The notes: generated from the sequence alone by a model not told the origin. A stretch of 58,760 nucleotides of DNA from a virus (IMGVR_UViG_3300025127_000039:1-58760); one strand, 5' to 3'; positions 1 to 10,073 are shown, counted from the stretch's first letter. Program-made: numbers and translations.

Positions 1-709
1 GTAAGGGAGGTTGAACTATGGCTATATCACGAGCACAACTAGTTAAAGAACTAGAACCTGGTCTTAACGCTTTATTCGGTATGGAATATGATCGTTATGA
101 TCAAGAGCATTTAGAAATCTATGAGACTGAGTCATCTGACAGAGCCTTTGAAGAAGAGGTAATGTTAGCAGGATTTGGAAATGCTGCAACTAAATCAGAG
201 GGTGCCGGAGTGACCTTTGATACTGCAAACGAAGTATATACTTCAAGATATACAATGGAAACTATTGCATTGGCTTTTGCATTGACAGAAGAAGCAATGG
301 AGGACAATTTGTATGATCAGCTTGGAGCTAGATACACAAGAGCGTTAGCAAGATCAATGGCACACACAAAGCAAGTCAAAGCTGCTGCTACGTTAAACAA
401 TGCGTTTAATTCAAGCTTCACAGGTGGTGACGGCAAAGAGCTTTGTGCAACAGATCACCCATTAGGTGGTGGTGGTACATTTAGAAATGAGCCATCAACT
501 GCAGCAGATCTTAATGAAACATCATTAGAAAATGCTCTTATTGACATTTCAAACTTTGTTGATGAGAGAAACATGATTGTTGCATTAAGAGGAATGAAAC
601 TTATTATTCCACCTGCATTACAGTTTGTTGCAGACAGATTGCTTGAGTCTACATTAAGACCAGGATCATCTGATAATGATGTTAACGCAATTAGAAACAT
701 GGGTATGTT
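1..709. repeat. Terminal direct repeat copy 1 (circular overlap with 58052-58760)
   Basis: Nt 1-709 align without gaps to 58052-58760 with about 20 substitutions, all synonymous in the capsid frame. Confidence 0.95.
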
Positions 710-929
710 ACCAGAGGGTTATACAATTAATCACTTCTTAACAGACACAGATGCCTTCTTCATCAAGACAGATGCACCTAATGGTTTCAAGTATTTTGAA
801 AGAATACCATTAAGCACAAGCATGGAAGCTGACTTTGATACAGGCAACATGAGATATAAAGCTAGAGAGCGTTATGCCTTTGGTTTTTCAGACCCTCGTG
901 CTGTCTTTGGTTCTCCTGGAGCCGCATAA
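18..929 (+). CDS. Major capsid protein (HK97 fold, Mu gpT-like family)
   Basis: 303 aa; GGGAGG SD; MAISRAQLVKELEPGLNALFG N-terminus and KARERYAFGFSDPR C-terminus typical of this capsid family; follows scaffold genes in the circular map; strong terminator downstream. Confidence 0.9.
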   Translation: MAISRAQLVKELEPGLNALFGMEYDRYDQEHLEIYETESSDRAFEEEVMLAGFGNAATKSEGAGVTFDTANEVYTSRYTMETIALAFALTEEAMEDNLYDQLGARYTRALARSMAHTKQVKAAATLNNAFNSSFTGGDGKELCATDHPLGGGGTFRNEPSTAADLNETSLENALIDISNFVDERNMIVALRGMKLIIPPALQFVADRLLESTLRPGSSDNDVNAIRNMGMLPEGYTINHFLTDTDAFFIKTDAPNGFKYFERIPLSTSMEADFDTGNMRYKARERYAFGFSDPRAVFGSPGAA

Positions 930-947
930 AAATATTTACATATTTTT

Positions 948-976
948 AAAGGGGTCTTTTCAGACCCCTTTTTTTT
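948..976 (+). terminator. Rho-independent terminator after the capsid gene
   Basis: AAAGGGGTCT-tttc-AGACCCCTTT hairpin followed by a T run. Confidence 0.9.
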
Positions 977-1040
977 GTGTATAGTTAAAGTACCTTGACG
1001 AAGAATTAACTTCGACAACAGCCAAGACAAGGAGATATAC

Positions 1041-1550
1041 ATGGCTAATACAACATTCTCAGGTCCTATTAGATCTGAAAGCACAATTAAAACTATCAGT
1101 AAAAATTCAACAACTGGAGCAATAACAGAGGTAACAACTCTTGGTGGAGCACCAGTTAGTTTATCTGATGGTGACGTAACTCTCACAAATGCAACTCATA
1201 GTGGAAGAGTTTTACTTGTACCAGATGGTGGACAAGATAACACATACACATTACCAGCACCTATAGCTGGGTCAGTATTTAAATTTGTATATGCAGGTGG
1301 AGCCGCTGATGCAACTGATGCTATTATTGTAACACCAGGAAACACAAACTTTTTTATTGGTGGTGTAACATTTTTAGACACTGATGGTAATGAGGTAAGT
1401 TCAGTATTTTCTGATGGTAATTCTAATAGTAAAATTCAAATGAATGTTCCAGCAGGATTTGAGGTTACAATTGTTGGTAAAGACACAACTAATTATCAAA
1501 TTTTTGGAAACGTAACATCAACGACTGCCCCAACTTTCGCTGATCAATAA
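1041..1550 (+). CDS. Putative capsid decoration or minor structural protein
   Basis: 169 aa, T/G/S-rich beta-type composition, AAGGAG SD, immediately after the capsid gene. Confidence 0.6.
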   Translation: MANTTFSGPIRSESTIKTISKNSTTGAITEVTTLGGAPVSLSDGDVTLTNATHSGRVLLVPDGGQDNTYTLPAPIAGSVFKFVYAGGAADATDAIIVTPGNTNFFIGGVTFLDTDGNEVSSVFSDGNSNSKIQMNVPAGFEVTIVGKDTTNYQIFGNVTSTTAPTFADQ

Positions 1551-1562
1551 TAGGAGGTTTAA

Positions 1563-1967
1563 ATGGCAGACGCAGTTACTTCGCAAACTTTGGTTGATGG
1601 ACATCAAACTGCTGTCTTGAAGTTTACCAACATCTCTGATGGATCAGGTGAAAGTGCAGTAAAAAAAGTTGATGTTTCTGCTCTAGCAACAAATGTTAGA
1701 GGAGAAGCTTGTACTAGAGCAACCATAGAAAAAATTTGGTGGCAGTGTAATGGTATGAAAGTTAAAGTTTTGTTTGATGCTTCAACAGACGACTTTTGTA
1801 TTGAGTTGGGTGAAAATCAAAGTGGACATCACGATTACACATCATTTGGTGGGTTAACAAATCCAGCAAGTTCTGGTGTAACTGGTGATATTATGTTTAC
1901 AACAGTTGGTCATTCATCAGCAGATAGCTATACAATCATAATGCAAGTTAGAAAGAGTTATGACTAA
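1563..1967 (+). CDS. Hypothetical structural protein
   Basis: 134 aa, AGGAGG SD, in the head gene operon. Confidence 0.65.
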   Translation: MADAVTSQTLVDGHQTAVLKFTNISDGSGESAVKKVDVSALATNVRGEACTRATIEKIWWQCNGMKVKVLFDASTDDFCIELGENQSGHHDYTSFGGLTNPASSGVTGDIMFTTVGHSSADSYTIIMQVRKSYD

Positions 1968-2251
1968 TGGCTAGAAAGCCTGACAAGCAACCACCTAAAA
2001 CCAAAAAGTATTTCCGTTCCACTAAGAGTGGAGCGGGGATGACTAAAGCAGGCGTGGCTCGTTATCGTAGAGAAAACCCTGGCAGTAAACTTAAAACTGC
2101 CGTTACAGGTAAAGTAAAAAAGGGAAGTAAAGCAGCTAAAAGAAGAAAGTCTTTTTGTGCTAGAAGTGCAGGTCAAATGAAGAAGTTTCCAAAGGCAGCT
2201 AAAGATCCCAATAGCAGATTAAGACAAGCAAGAAGAAGATGGAAGTGTTGA
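1967..2251 (+). CDS. Small Lys/Arg-rich basic protein
   Basis: 94 aa, TAATG coupling, RRKSFCARS motif. Confidence 0.75.
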   Translation: MARKPDKQPPKTKKYFRSTKSGAGMTKAGVARYRRENPGSKLKTAVTGKVKKGSKAAKRRKSFCARSAGQMKKFPKAAKDPNSRLRQARRRWKC

Positions 2252-2252
2252 C

Positions 2253-2411
2253 ATGAAAGCAGACGAGGTTCTAAAATTATTAGAAAAACATGAGTCTGAG
2301 TGCAACAGACGTTATGAAAAAATAGAAAAGAGTTTGGACAAATTAGATGTAAAAGTTTGGGGTTTAGCAGTTTTAATTGTTATAACGCCTTTTTTACATA
2401 AGATGATTTAA
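2253..2411 (+). CDS. Small coiled-coil protein with a C-terminal TM helix (not in ORF track)
   Basis: Read by eye: MKADEVLKLLEKHESECNRRYEKIEKSLDKLDVKVWGLAVLIVITPFLHKMI; fills the gap between neighbours. Confidence 0.7.
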   Translation: MKADEVLKLLEKHESECNRRYEKIEKSLDKLDVKVWGLAVLIVITPFLHKMI

Positions 2412-2579
2412 ATGGTTATGGGAAGGTCACAAATGGCACGACAAGTGTCAAAGCCTCCCCAAAAAAGGAAGTGGAGTAATGCGAGAAAGAGGAAAATCAA
2501 TTGCAAACGACCTAAAGGATTTTCTGAAAAAGCACATTGTGCCTCTAAAAAAAGGAGAGGTTCTAAGAGCAAAAGGTGA
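2412..2579 (+). CDS. Small basic protein (not in ORF track)
   Basis: Read by eye: MVMGRSQMARQVSKPPQKRKWSNARKRKINCKRPKGFSEKAHCASKKRRGSKSKR; starts directly after the upstream stop. Confidence 0.65.
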   Translation: MVMGRSQMARQVSKPPQKRKWSNARKRKINCKRPKGFSEKAHCASKKRRGSKSKR

Positions 2580-2656
2580 ACCATTAAAGGATTGCCCACA
2601 ATGTATGAAAAGAAAGTATTGGTGCACTTGTTGGAAAGTATTGAAAGGAAGATATT

Positions 2657-2944
2657 ATGCCTAAAGACGCTTGTTATCATAAAGTAAAAGCTAGATATAG
2701 AGTTTTTCCATCAGCTTATGCTTCGGGAGCTATTGCTAAATGCAGGAAAGTAGGAGCAGCTAACTACGGAACTGGTGGCAAAAAAAAGAAGGCTAAAAAG
2801 AAAGCAGAAGGTGGTGTAATTGAGTTAAAAAATGGTGGAAATGTGCCAAGAAGAACTCGTAAAAGAAAAACAAAAAATCCAAACATTGCACGAGGTTGTG
2901 GTGTGGTTATGAACAAAAGAAGAAAAGTAACAAAGTTTAGATAA
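2657..2944 (+). CDS. Small basic protein
   Basis: 95 aa, AAAGGA SD, K/R-rich, AEGG and KNGG motifs. Confidence 0.75.
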   Translation: MPKDACYHKVKARYRVFPSAYASGAIAKCRKVGAANYGTGGKKKKAKKKAEGGVIELKNGGNVPRRTRKRKTKNPNIARGCGVVMNKRRKVTKFR

Positions 2945-3225
2945 TGGCTGTTCGTAAAACAAAAGCTGGTCTTGCTCTTAAACGATGGTTTAAAGAAGAC
3001 TGGAAAGATCAAAGAACTGGTAAAAAGTGTGGTAGACAAAAAGGTGAGAAAAGAGGCACGCCTTATTGTAGGCCATCTAAAAGAATATCCAGTAAAACTC
3101 CAAAAACCGGATCTGAGATGTCTGCATCAGAAAAAAGAAAGCGTATAGCACAGAAAAAAAGATTAGGTCAACCAGCAGGTAAGCCGAGAAGAGTTCAAGC
3201 TGTTAGGCGTAGAAAGAAAAAATAA
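2944..3225 (+). CDS. Small basic protein
   Basis: 93 aa, TAATG coupling, LKRWFKEDW and PYCRP motifs. Confidence 0.75.
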   Translation: MAVRKTKAGLALKRWFKEDWKDQRTGKKCGRQKGEKRGTPYCRPSKRISSKTPKTGSEMSASEKRKRIAQKKRLGQPAGKPRRVQAVRRRKKK

Positions 3226-3800
3226 TGGATGACTATAAAAATCTTGAGGATCAAATTTGTGATGAAATTAGAGAATGGTCAAGATTTGCATTAGAAAAAC
3301 CTAACAAAAATTATAACAATCTACCATCTTGTCCTTTTGCAAAAACAGCTTGGAATAATAAAAAAGTCAACTTTGCTTTCAAAAACAAAAAAGAATATGA
3401 CTCTTTATATCCTTTAATAAATAAATTTCACGATTCAAAAGATTTAATAATTGTTATTGATATGAATTATGAAGATAACAAAACATTTCATGATAATTTA
3501 ACAGACTTAAATAAATTAATACATGAAAACAAATTTGACCAAGATGATATTTGGTTGATGGGATTCCACCCTAATGATGATGTAAATGAGTTAATAGATG
3601 ATGGCACATTCAGAGAACTTGTTAAGGAGGAATATGCTTTGATATTCATACAGAGATTAACAAAGCTTCAAGAAAGTGCAAATAAATTGAAGAAACTTGG
3701 ATATTATGATAAATATTATAATGAGTACAATGTTAAAGATATTTATGAGCAAAGACAAAAATATTATAACAATCTTAAAAGGAGATTAAAATGGCAATGA
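3225..3800 (+). CDS. Hypothetical protein (possibly DUF1415-like)
   Basis: 191 aa, CPFA and GFHP motifs, AT-rich. Confidence 0.6.
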   Translation: MDDYKNLEDQICDEIREWSRFALEKPNKNYNNLPSCPFAKTAWNNKKVNFAFKNKKEYDSLYPLINKFHDSKDLIIVIDMNYEDNKTFHDNLTDLNKLIHENKFDQDDIWLMGFHPNDDVNELIDDGTFRELVKEEYALIFIQRLTKLQESANKLKKLGYYDKYYNEYNVKDIYEQRQKYYNNLKRRLKWQ

Positions 3801-3961
3801 GTCCAAGAAAAATGATGGCAATGTCAAAAGACATGGCTAAAGCAGCTAAAATGATGATGGGTGGCGAAGCAAAACCTAAGAAGATGAGAGGCGGTGGCAT
3901 GGCTAAGAAGATGCGTGGCGGTGGCATGGCTAAAAAAATGAGAAAAGGTGGTAAAGCCTAA
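3791..3961 (+). CDS. Met/Lys/Gly-rich repeat peptide (not in ORF track)
   Basis: AAGGAG SD; MAMSPRKMMAMSKDMAKAAKMMMGGEAKPKKMRGGGMAKKMRGGGMAKKMRKGGKA; stop overlaps the next ATG. Confidence 0.75.
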   Translation: MAMSPRKMMAMSKDMAKAAKMMMGGEAKPKKMRGGGMAKKMRGGGMAKKMRKGGKA

Positions 3962-4629
3962 TGGCAACCTCAAGCTCTACAGACTTTGAGTTAGATGTCG
4001 CTGAGTACATTGAAGAAGCTTTTGAGAGATGTGGCTTAGAGGCTAAAACTGGCTACGATTTGCAAACTGCTAGGCGTTCTATGAATATAATGCTTGCGGA
4101 GTGGGCAAATCGTGGTCTTAATCAATGGACTATAGAACAAAGAACACAAGCACTTACAGCAAGTGATTCAGAGTATAGTTTGGGGACTGATTTAATTGAT
4201 ATATTATCTTTAGTTGTAAGACGTAGCGGCACTGATTTTACAATGACTAGAATTAGTCGTGATGCGTTTTTAAATCTACCAAACAAAACTTCAACTGGTA
4301 GACCAACGCAATATTTTTTAGACAGACAAATTACACCTAATTTAAAACTGTTTCCCACGCCGGAGAACAGCACAGATGTTATTGTTTATGACGCTTTAAC
4401 ACGCATACAAGACGCTGATGCACAAGTTAATACTATGGAGATACCTTTTAGGTTTTATCCTTGTCTAACGGCTGGTTTGGCTTATTATATAGCTATGAAA
4501 AAAGCACCGGATAGAATACAGTTACTTAAAACTGTGTATGAAGAAGAATTTGATAGAGCAATGGCAGAAGATAGAGATAGGTCGGCTTTCAACGTGGTGC
4601 CTAAATTAGATTATTATAGGGTGGGTTGA
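3961..4629 (+). CDS. Putative head-tail adaptor protein
   Basis: 222 aa; N-terminal helical hairpin, GRPTQY motif and C-terminal LAYYIA helix typical of podoviral adaptors; position after head genes. Confidence 0.6.
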   Translation: MATSSSTDFELDVAEYIEEAFERCGLEAKTGYDLQTARRSMNIMLAEWANRGLNQWTIEQRTQALTASDSEYSLGTDLIDILSLVVRRSGTDFTMTRISRDAFLNLPNKTSTGRPTQYFLDRQITPNLKLFPTPENSTDVIVYDALTRIQDADAQVNTMEIPFRFYPCLTAGLAYYIAMKKAPDRIQLLKTVYEEEFDRAMAEDRDRSAFNVVPKLDYYRVG

Positions 4630-5120
4630 TGGCATTTGCTAGTGGTAAATATGCTTACAGAATATCTGATAGATCTGGTTTTAGATATAAAATTAAAGAC
4701 ACTCGCAAAGAATGGAATGGATCTATTGTTGGTAAAGATGAGTACGAAGAGAAGCATCCACAACTAGAGCCTGCAAATGTAAGGGCTGATAATGAGGCTA
4801 TAAGAGATGCTAGACCTGATAGAACTGAAACAGCGGTTCCTAATCTATTGCCATTAAACGCTTTTTCAACAACTGCAAGTTCTGCAACTGTTACAGTAAA
4901 TGAACCAAATCATGGTAGATCAACAAGCGATACAGTAAGATTCAGAGATGCACTAAGTGTAGGTGGCATATCTGCTTCAACAATTAACTCTGCTTCTGGA
5001 TTTACAATTACAAACATAGATGCGAACAACTATTCGTTTGCGTCTGGAGTAACAGCAACAATAACCCAGAAAGGTGGTGGAGGACTTGCTAGTGCAGGAC
5101 CTACATCAATTACAAACTAA
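4629..5120 (+). CDS. Hypothetical virion protein
   Basis: About 163 aa, ISDRSGF motif, C-terminal beta-rich domain also seen inside the 16379 gene (VTVxxPxHG). Confidence 0.6.
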   Translation: MAFASGKYAYRISDRSGFRYKIKDTRKEWNGSIVGKDEYEEKHPQLEPANVRADNEAIRDARPDRTETAVPNLLPLNAFSTTASSATVTVNEPNHGRSTSDTVRFRDALSVGGISASTINSASGFTITNIDANNYSFASGVTATITQKGGGGLASAGPTSITN

Positions 5121-5767
5121 TGAGCTTTACACTTGCAACACTAAAAACGGCTATACAAGATTATGCAGATAATAGTGAAACTAGTTTTGTAACAAATCTG
5201 CCAAACTTTATAAAAGCGGCAGAAGAAAAAATATTTAAAGGTGTGGATTTAGACATTTTTAGAAAAAATGTTACAAGTGCGTTTACATCATCAGATCAGT
5301 TTTTATCAGTGCCAAGTGATTATCTTGCGTCATTTTCTTTGCAAATAACAACATCTGGATCTGAAAGTTTTTTACTGCAAAAAGATGTTAATTATTTAAG
5401 AGAATACACACCAGCATCCTCAACAACAGGCCTCCCTAAATATTATGCTAGGTTTGACACAGACAATTTTATTGTAGCACCAACACCAAACTCTAATTAT
5501 ACGCTTGAATTGCATTATTACTATAGGCCTGCAAGTCTAACTGCAGGAGCAGATGGTGGAACAACATGGCTTAGTACAAATGCACCATTTGCTTTACTTT
5601 ACGGATCATTAATAGAAGCTTACTATTATATGAAAGGTGAACCGGATGTTATTGCACAGTATGAAAAGAACTATGTTTTTTATTTGCAAAGACTTAAAGA
5701 TTTAGGAGAGGCAAGAGAGAACGAAGATGCTTATAGGCAAGGACTACCAAGAGTACCAAGGACATAG
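5120..5767 (+). CDS. Putative adaptor / tail tubular protein A-like
   Basis: 215 aa, GLPKYYA and LLYGSLIEA motifs, coupled TAATG. Confidence 0.55.
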   Translation: MSFTLATLKTAIQDYADNSETSFVTNLPNFIKAAEEKIFKGVDLDIFRKNVTSAFTSSDQFLSVPSDYLASFSLQITTSGSESFLLQKDVNYLREYTPASSTTGLPKYYARFDTDNFIVAPTPNSNYTLELHYYYRPASLTAGADGGTTWLSTNAPFALLYGSLIEAYYYMKGEPDVIAQYEKNYVFYLQRLKDLGEARENEDAYRQGLPRVPRT

Positions 5768-5776
5768 GAGTAGAAA

Positions 5777-6208
5777 ATGGCAACAGCAAACGCAGCAACC
5801 AATTATCTAGAGAGACGATTATTACATTTTATATTTAAAAATAACTCTCTTAGTTTTTCATCGCCTGGTGATAGTATTTATGTAGGACTTGCAACGGCAG
5901 TAAGTGCAGCAGAAACTGGTTCCTTAACAGAGGCAACCTTTACAAACTATGCAAGACAACAAGTTACTGCAGCGAACTGGACTACAATAGGTGCAGACTC
6001 AACAGATACACAAACAGCAGTCAATGCAGCTAATATTGAGTTTCCAGCATCTGGTGGCACAAACAATACTATTACACATGTGTTTCTTGCAGACGCATCT
6101 ACTAGCGGTAATATATTATTTGTTGGAGCATTAGATGCAAGTAAGGCAATAGCAAGTGGTGATATTTTTAGAATTAATGCAGGTAACTTAACGATAGAGC
6201 TTAAATAA
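5777..6208 (+). CDS. Tail-associated structural protein
   Basis: 143 aa, AGGAG SD, YARQ and DASTSGN motifs. Confidence 0.6.
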   Translation: MATANAATNYLERRLLHFIFKNNSLSFSSPGDSIYVGLATAVSAAETGSLTEATFTNYARQQVTAANWTTIGADSTDTQTAVNAANIEFPASGGTNNTITHVFLADASTSGNILFVGALDASKAIASGDIFRINAGNLTIELK

Positions 6209-7335
6209 TGGCATTAGTATTAAACGACAGAGTAAAAGAAACTACAACCACAACTGGTACTGGTACACTTACACTAGCTGGTGCAGTTACTGGATTTGAG
6301 ACTTTTGGTTCTGGAGTTGGTAATTCTAATACAACATACTACGCAGTTACACTACCTGGCACATCAGAGTTTGAAGTTGGATTAGGAACACTGAATGGTG
6401 ACTCATCTACTTTAGCTAGAACAACAATTATAAGTAGTTCTAATAGTGATAATGCAGTTAACTTTAGTTCTGGTACAAAGACAATATTTTGTACAATACC
6501 TGCATCAAAATCAGTGTTTTTAGATGCAAGTGGTAATGCAACATTAGGTGCAGATCTATCTGTCGGTGATGATTTGACAGTTTTAGGTGGCTTAATTGAT
6601 CTTAAATCTAATAGTGGGTCCGCCTCGCAAATTAAATTTTACTGTGAAGTTAGTAATGCTCATGCACAAACATTAACAGCACAACCACATTCTGTAGCGG
6701 CTAGTAACACACTAACATTACCAGCAGGTGGTAATTCAACACTAGTATCAGAATCAGCTACACAAACACTAACAAATAAAACTATAGATGCTTCTCAGTT
6801 ATCTGGAACTGTAGCAAATGCAAGATTAGATGCAGAGCTACAAGCACTAGCTGGTTTAACATCAGCCGCAGATAAAGGCATACAATTTACTGGATCTGGA
6901 ACTGCATCAACATACGATTTAACAACGGCAGGTAAAGCGTTACTTGATGATGCAGATGCAGCCGCTCAAAGGACAACATTAGGATTAGGCACAGCCGCAG
7001 TTGCAGCCACTGGTATATCAAATACAAATGTCCCAGTATTTACATCAGGTGTAGCTGATAATGATTTCTTGCGTGTAGATGGTACATCAATAGAAGGTAG
7101 AAGTGCATCTGAAGTATTAAGTGATATTGGTGGTCAAGCCTCATTAACTTTTGGTATATCAAACACAAACGCAGTGAAGATAGATAGTTCTAGTGTTGCA
7201 GATGATGAGTTTGCAAGATTTACTGCAAATGGTTTAGAGAGCAGAAGTGCATCAGAGGTGCTATCTGATATAGGTGCAACAAGTGCTACAGATGCAGCGA
7301 ATGAGGCAACAGCTTTAGCAATAGCGTTAGGATGA
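6208..7335 (+). CDS. Tail fibre protein
   Basis: 375 aa, DRVKET N-terminus, T/S/A/G-rich, TQTLTNKTI motif, internal duplication ([10 protein letters not shown] twice). Confidence 0.7.
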   Translation: MALVLNDRVKETTTTTGTGTLTLAGAVTGFETFGSGVGNSNTTYYAVTLPGTSEFEVGLGTLNGDSSTLARTTIISSSNSDNAVNFSSGTKTIFCTIPASKSVFLDASGNATLGADLSVGDDLTVLGGLIDLKSNSGSASQIKFYCEVSNAHAQTLTAQPHSVAASNTLTLPAGGNSTLVSESATQTLTNKTIDASQLSGTVANARLDAELQALAGLTSAADKGIQFTGSGTASTYDLTTAGKALLDDADAAAQRTTLGLGTAAVAATGISNTNVPVFTSGVADNDFLRVDGTSIEGRSASEVLSDIGGQASLTFGISNTNAVKIDSSSVADDEFARFTANGLESRSASEVLSDIGATSATDAANEATALAIALG

Positions 7336-7339
7336 TAAC

Positions 7340-7687
7340 ATGGCAAATACTTTTAAATTATCAAGCAAAGCAGGAGTAACAAGTGCAGATGTAATCTATA
7401 CAGTGGCTACCAGCACAACAACAATAATACTGGGTTTGATATTAGGAAACACAACAACAAGTCAAGTCACTGCAACTGTAACATTAACATCTGATACTGG
7501 TAATAGAACAAATGCTAATGATGAAGTTAATCAACCAGTAGAACTTATTACCAATGCACCTATTCCAGCAGGATCATCATTAGAACTTTTAGCTGGTAAC
7601 AAAGTTGTTTTGGAAGCAACTGATAGCATATCAGTATCTGCAACAGGTGCAACAGACGTTGCCTTATCTTATATGGAGATTACATAA
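7340..7687 (+). CDS. Tail-associated beta-sandwich protein
   Basis: 115 aa; resembles the 18529-18918 product. Confidence 0.6.
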   Translation: MANTFKLSSKAGVTSADVIYTVATSTTTIILGLILGNTTTSQVTATVTLTSDTGNRTNANDEVNQPVELITNAPIPAGSSLELLAGNKVVLEATDSISVSATGATDVALSYMEIT

Positions 7688-8136
7688 TGCCTTTTGTTGG
7701 TAAATCACCAGTTACAACTTTTGAAGCTACAACTGCTGTACAAAGATTCAATGGCGATAACTCAGATACTACATTTACATTAAACAGAACTGTAAGTTCA
7801 GTACAAGATGTGCTTGTATCTGTAGATGGTGTTGTACAAGATACATCAGCATATACAATACCAGATGGCACAACTTTGACATTTACGGCTGCACCTAGCT
7901 CTGGAACTGCAAATATATTTGTAAACTTTTTAGCACCACAAACTGGCACAGTTACACCAGCAGCAGAAAACAAAGGTAACTTTAAGAATGGTGGTATGTT
8001 TAGAACTAATGCACAAGCCTTAGATACAAATATAACAATACTTGCTACAGAAAATGCACAGGTAACAGGAACACTTACTGTAAATAGTGGGATTACATTG
8101 ACCATCAACAGTGGTGGAAGGTTGGTGGTATCGTGA
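7687..8136 (+). CDS. Tail fibre-associated protein
   Basis: 149 aa, VSVDGVVQ and LTFTAAP motifs; paralog of 10928-11386. Confidence 0.6.
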   Translation: MPFVGKSPVTTFEATTAVQRFNGDNSDTTFTLNRTVSSVQDVLVSVDGVVQDTSAYTIPDGTTLTFTAAPSSGTANIFVNFLAPQTGTVTPAAENKGNFKNGGMFRTNAQALDTNITILATENAQVTGTLTVNSGITLTINSGGRLVVS

Positions 8137-8741
8137 GTACAATTAAAGTAAACGCTATACAACACTTAGGTGGGGGTAGTGCATTAACCATTGATGGAAC
8201 TGGTTATATTACTACAGGTCAACCTGTTTTAGCTAAATTAAGATTGACCTCAAATCAAACAAATTTATCAGATGAAAGTTATAATAAACTTAAATTAGAT
8301 GAAGCGGCAATAGATACAAAGTCAGGTTTTGATAATTCAAACGATCTTTATGTCATACCAATAGCAGGATATTATAGAATATATGTACAAGCACATATTG
8401 GTGTAATATCAGAACAGAATAGTCTGAGAGATTCCGCATTAATTATTACTAACACTCAAGTATCAGATGGCACAGAAGTTCAGATAGCAACTTCACACAA
8501 CAGACATTATGTTAATCCCGGAGATACAAGTGATGTTACAGAAACCATATATACAATTCATCAATTAGCAGCAGGTGATAAAATTGCAGTATATACTTAT
8601 GGTAACACGGACACTGGTACTGCTTATGATGTACTTGCAGATATAGATGCTAATGATGAAACTCACATGAATACTAACTTACCGGGAACTGGAGGGGGTG
8701 AGGATAACTCAACATTTGTTACAATAGAGAGAATATTATGA
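8133..8741 (+). CDS. Putative C1q/TNF-like trimeric fibre-tip protein
   Basis: 202 aa; 'YVIPIAGYYRIY' and 'QLAAGDKIAVY' resemble C1q-domain strands. Confidence 0.5.
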   Translation: MSTIKVNAIQHLGGGSALTIDGTGYITTGQPVLAKLRLTSNQTNLSDESYNKLKLDEAAIDTKSGFDNSNDLYVIPIAGYYRIYVQAHIGVISEQNSLRDSALIITNTQVSDGTEVQIATSHNRHYVNPGDTSDVTETIYTIHQLAAGDKIAVYTYGNTDTGTAYDVLADIDANDETHMNTNLPGTGGGEDNSTFVTIERIL

Positions 8742-9211
8742 GTGAAGTAATATTAGACACAATTACAGGCAAGTCCACTGCAACAACCATAACTGTTGGC
8801 TCAACACCTGTGGTTAGTGCAAGTGCAAACTCTTTGACTATTAGAGGTGAGGGAAGCAATCAGACAAGTATTCAACAAGGGTTAGCTAAAGCGTGGCTTT
8901 TTAATGAGCCTGATAATTCAAACTTAATTCGTGACAGTTTTAATATATCATCATTTAGAGATGGTGGTACGGGGTATGCGGGTATTACATTAGCAACAGC
9001 TATGGGTAATGATGATTGGACTTGTCAAGTAACAGGGACTGGAGGAGGCACAACTAGTGGATTTGCTTCATTAGATTCTGGTACTTGGGGTGGAGGCGGT
9101 GACATGCCTTATCGTACAACTACTCAAGTAAATTGTAGAACCACAGATGTAAGTGGAAATTATAACGATCATAATGATCTTAATTTTCTTTGTCATGGAG
9201 ATTTAGCATAA
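8738..9211 (+). CDS. 'GDLA' family fibre module, paralog 1
   Basis: QGLAKAW...DSFNISS...GTG...HGDLA*. Confidence 0.7.
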   Translation: MSEVILDTITGKSTATTITVGSTPVVSASANSLTIRGEGSNQTSIQQGLAKAWLFNEPDNSNLIRDSFNISSFRDGGTGYAGITLATAMGNDDWTCQVTGTGGGTTSGFASLDSGTWGGGGDMPYRTTTQVNCRTTDVSGNYNDHNDLNFLCHGDLA

Positions 9212-9588
9212 TGGCAAACGGAACAATAGCATTTGATACATTACAGACAAGTGGACAGATAACAGGCACAGCTAAGTCTGTGGATACAGATTATGTTGTT
9301 AATGGTAGTGCAAAGTCTTGGATTCATTTCACTATGGCATCAACTTTTGTAAATAGGAACAGTTTTAATGTAGCTTCTCTAACAGACAATGGGGCAGGAG
9401 ATGGAACGGCAACCGTAACTAATAATATGTCGGATGAGTATTCTTTGCATTTAGCTTACAGTAATCAAATGAATGTATCACAAGGTTCTTTAAGTGCTTC
9501 TGCTTATCAAACAGGTACTTATAACACAAGCAATGCAGCCACAGATGCTTCTATGGCTTCAGCATCATTATCAGGAGACCTCGCATGA
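9211..9588 (+). CDS. 'GDLA' family fibre module, paralog 2
   Basis: GSAKSW...NSFNVASLTDNG...SGDLA*; start taken at the coupled ATG 9211. Confidence 0.7.
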   Translation: MANGTIAFDTLQTSGQITGTAKSVDTDYVVNGSAKSWIHFTMASTFVNRNSFNVASLTDNGAGDGTATVTNNMSDEYSLHLAYSNQMNVSQGSLSASAYQTGTYNTSNAATDASMASASLSGDLA

Positions 9589-10073
9589 CAATAGAAACAC
9601 CAGAATTTCAAGGCACACATCTTTGGGATAGATTGTGTTGGGCAAAAGAAAAGTTAGAGCCTTACAGAACAGAATATTGTGTTGTGTGGGAAGACCCAGA
9701 AACACCTGATGAACCTGCAAAAGTAACGCACCCTGACCCTAATTGGATGGCTTGTGCATTGCAAGGTGGCATATTACCACCAGTTGAGGTATATTGGGAG
9801 TTAGCAAAGGATGAGGCAAAGCCAGACTTTGTAAGGCATACAAGAGGTTATTTATTGCATAACACAAAGCCTATTGATGCAATGACAGAAGAAAGAGCTA
9901 TAGAGTATTTAATTATGAAAGATATTCCACAACATGTGTGGAGAGACTATGATAAAGCAAACAAACCAAGAATGGTTATATGCAGAAAGAACCAACTTCC
10001 TAGCACTAGAGTATGGCGAAATGCTTGGAAGATAAATGAAGAACTAACCATACAGAAAGATGAGGTGGCTTAA
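9585..10073 (+). CDS. Hypothetical protein (tail fibre chaperone candidate)
   Basis: 162 aa, soluble composition, ends in the WRNAW motif. Confidence 0.6.
   Translation: MTIETPEFQGTHLWDRLCWAKEKLEPYRTEYCVVWEDPETPDEPAKVTHPDPNWMACALQGGILPPVEVYWELAKDEAKPDFVRHTRGYLLHNTKPIDAMTEERAIEYLIMKDIPQHVWRDYDKANKPRMVICRKNQLPSTRVWRNAWKINEELTIQKDEVA

Noticed and set aside
2479-2664. 61-aa ORF with CxxC motifs as a confident gene
   Set aside because: Largely overlaps the better-supported 2412-2579 ORF; its 3' part may be real but the start cannot be supported
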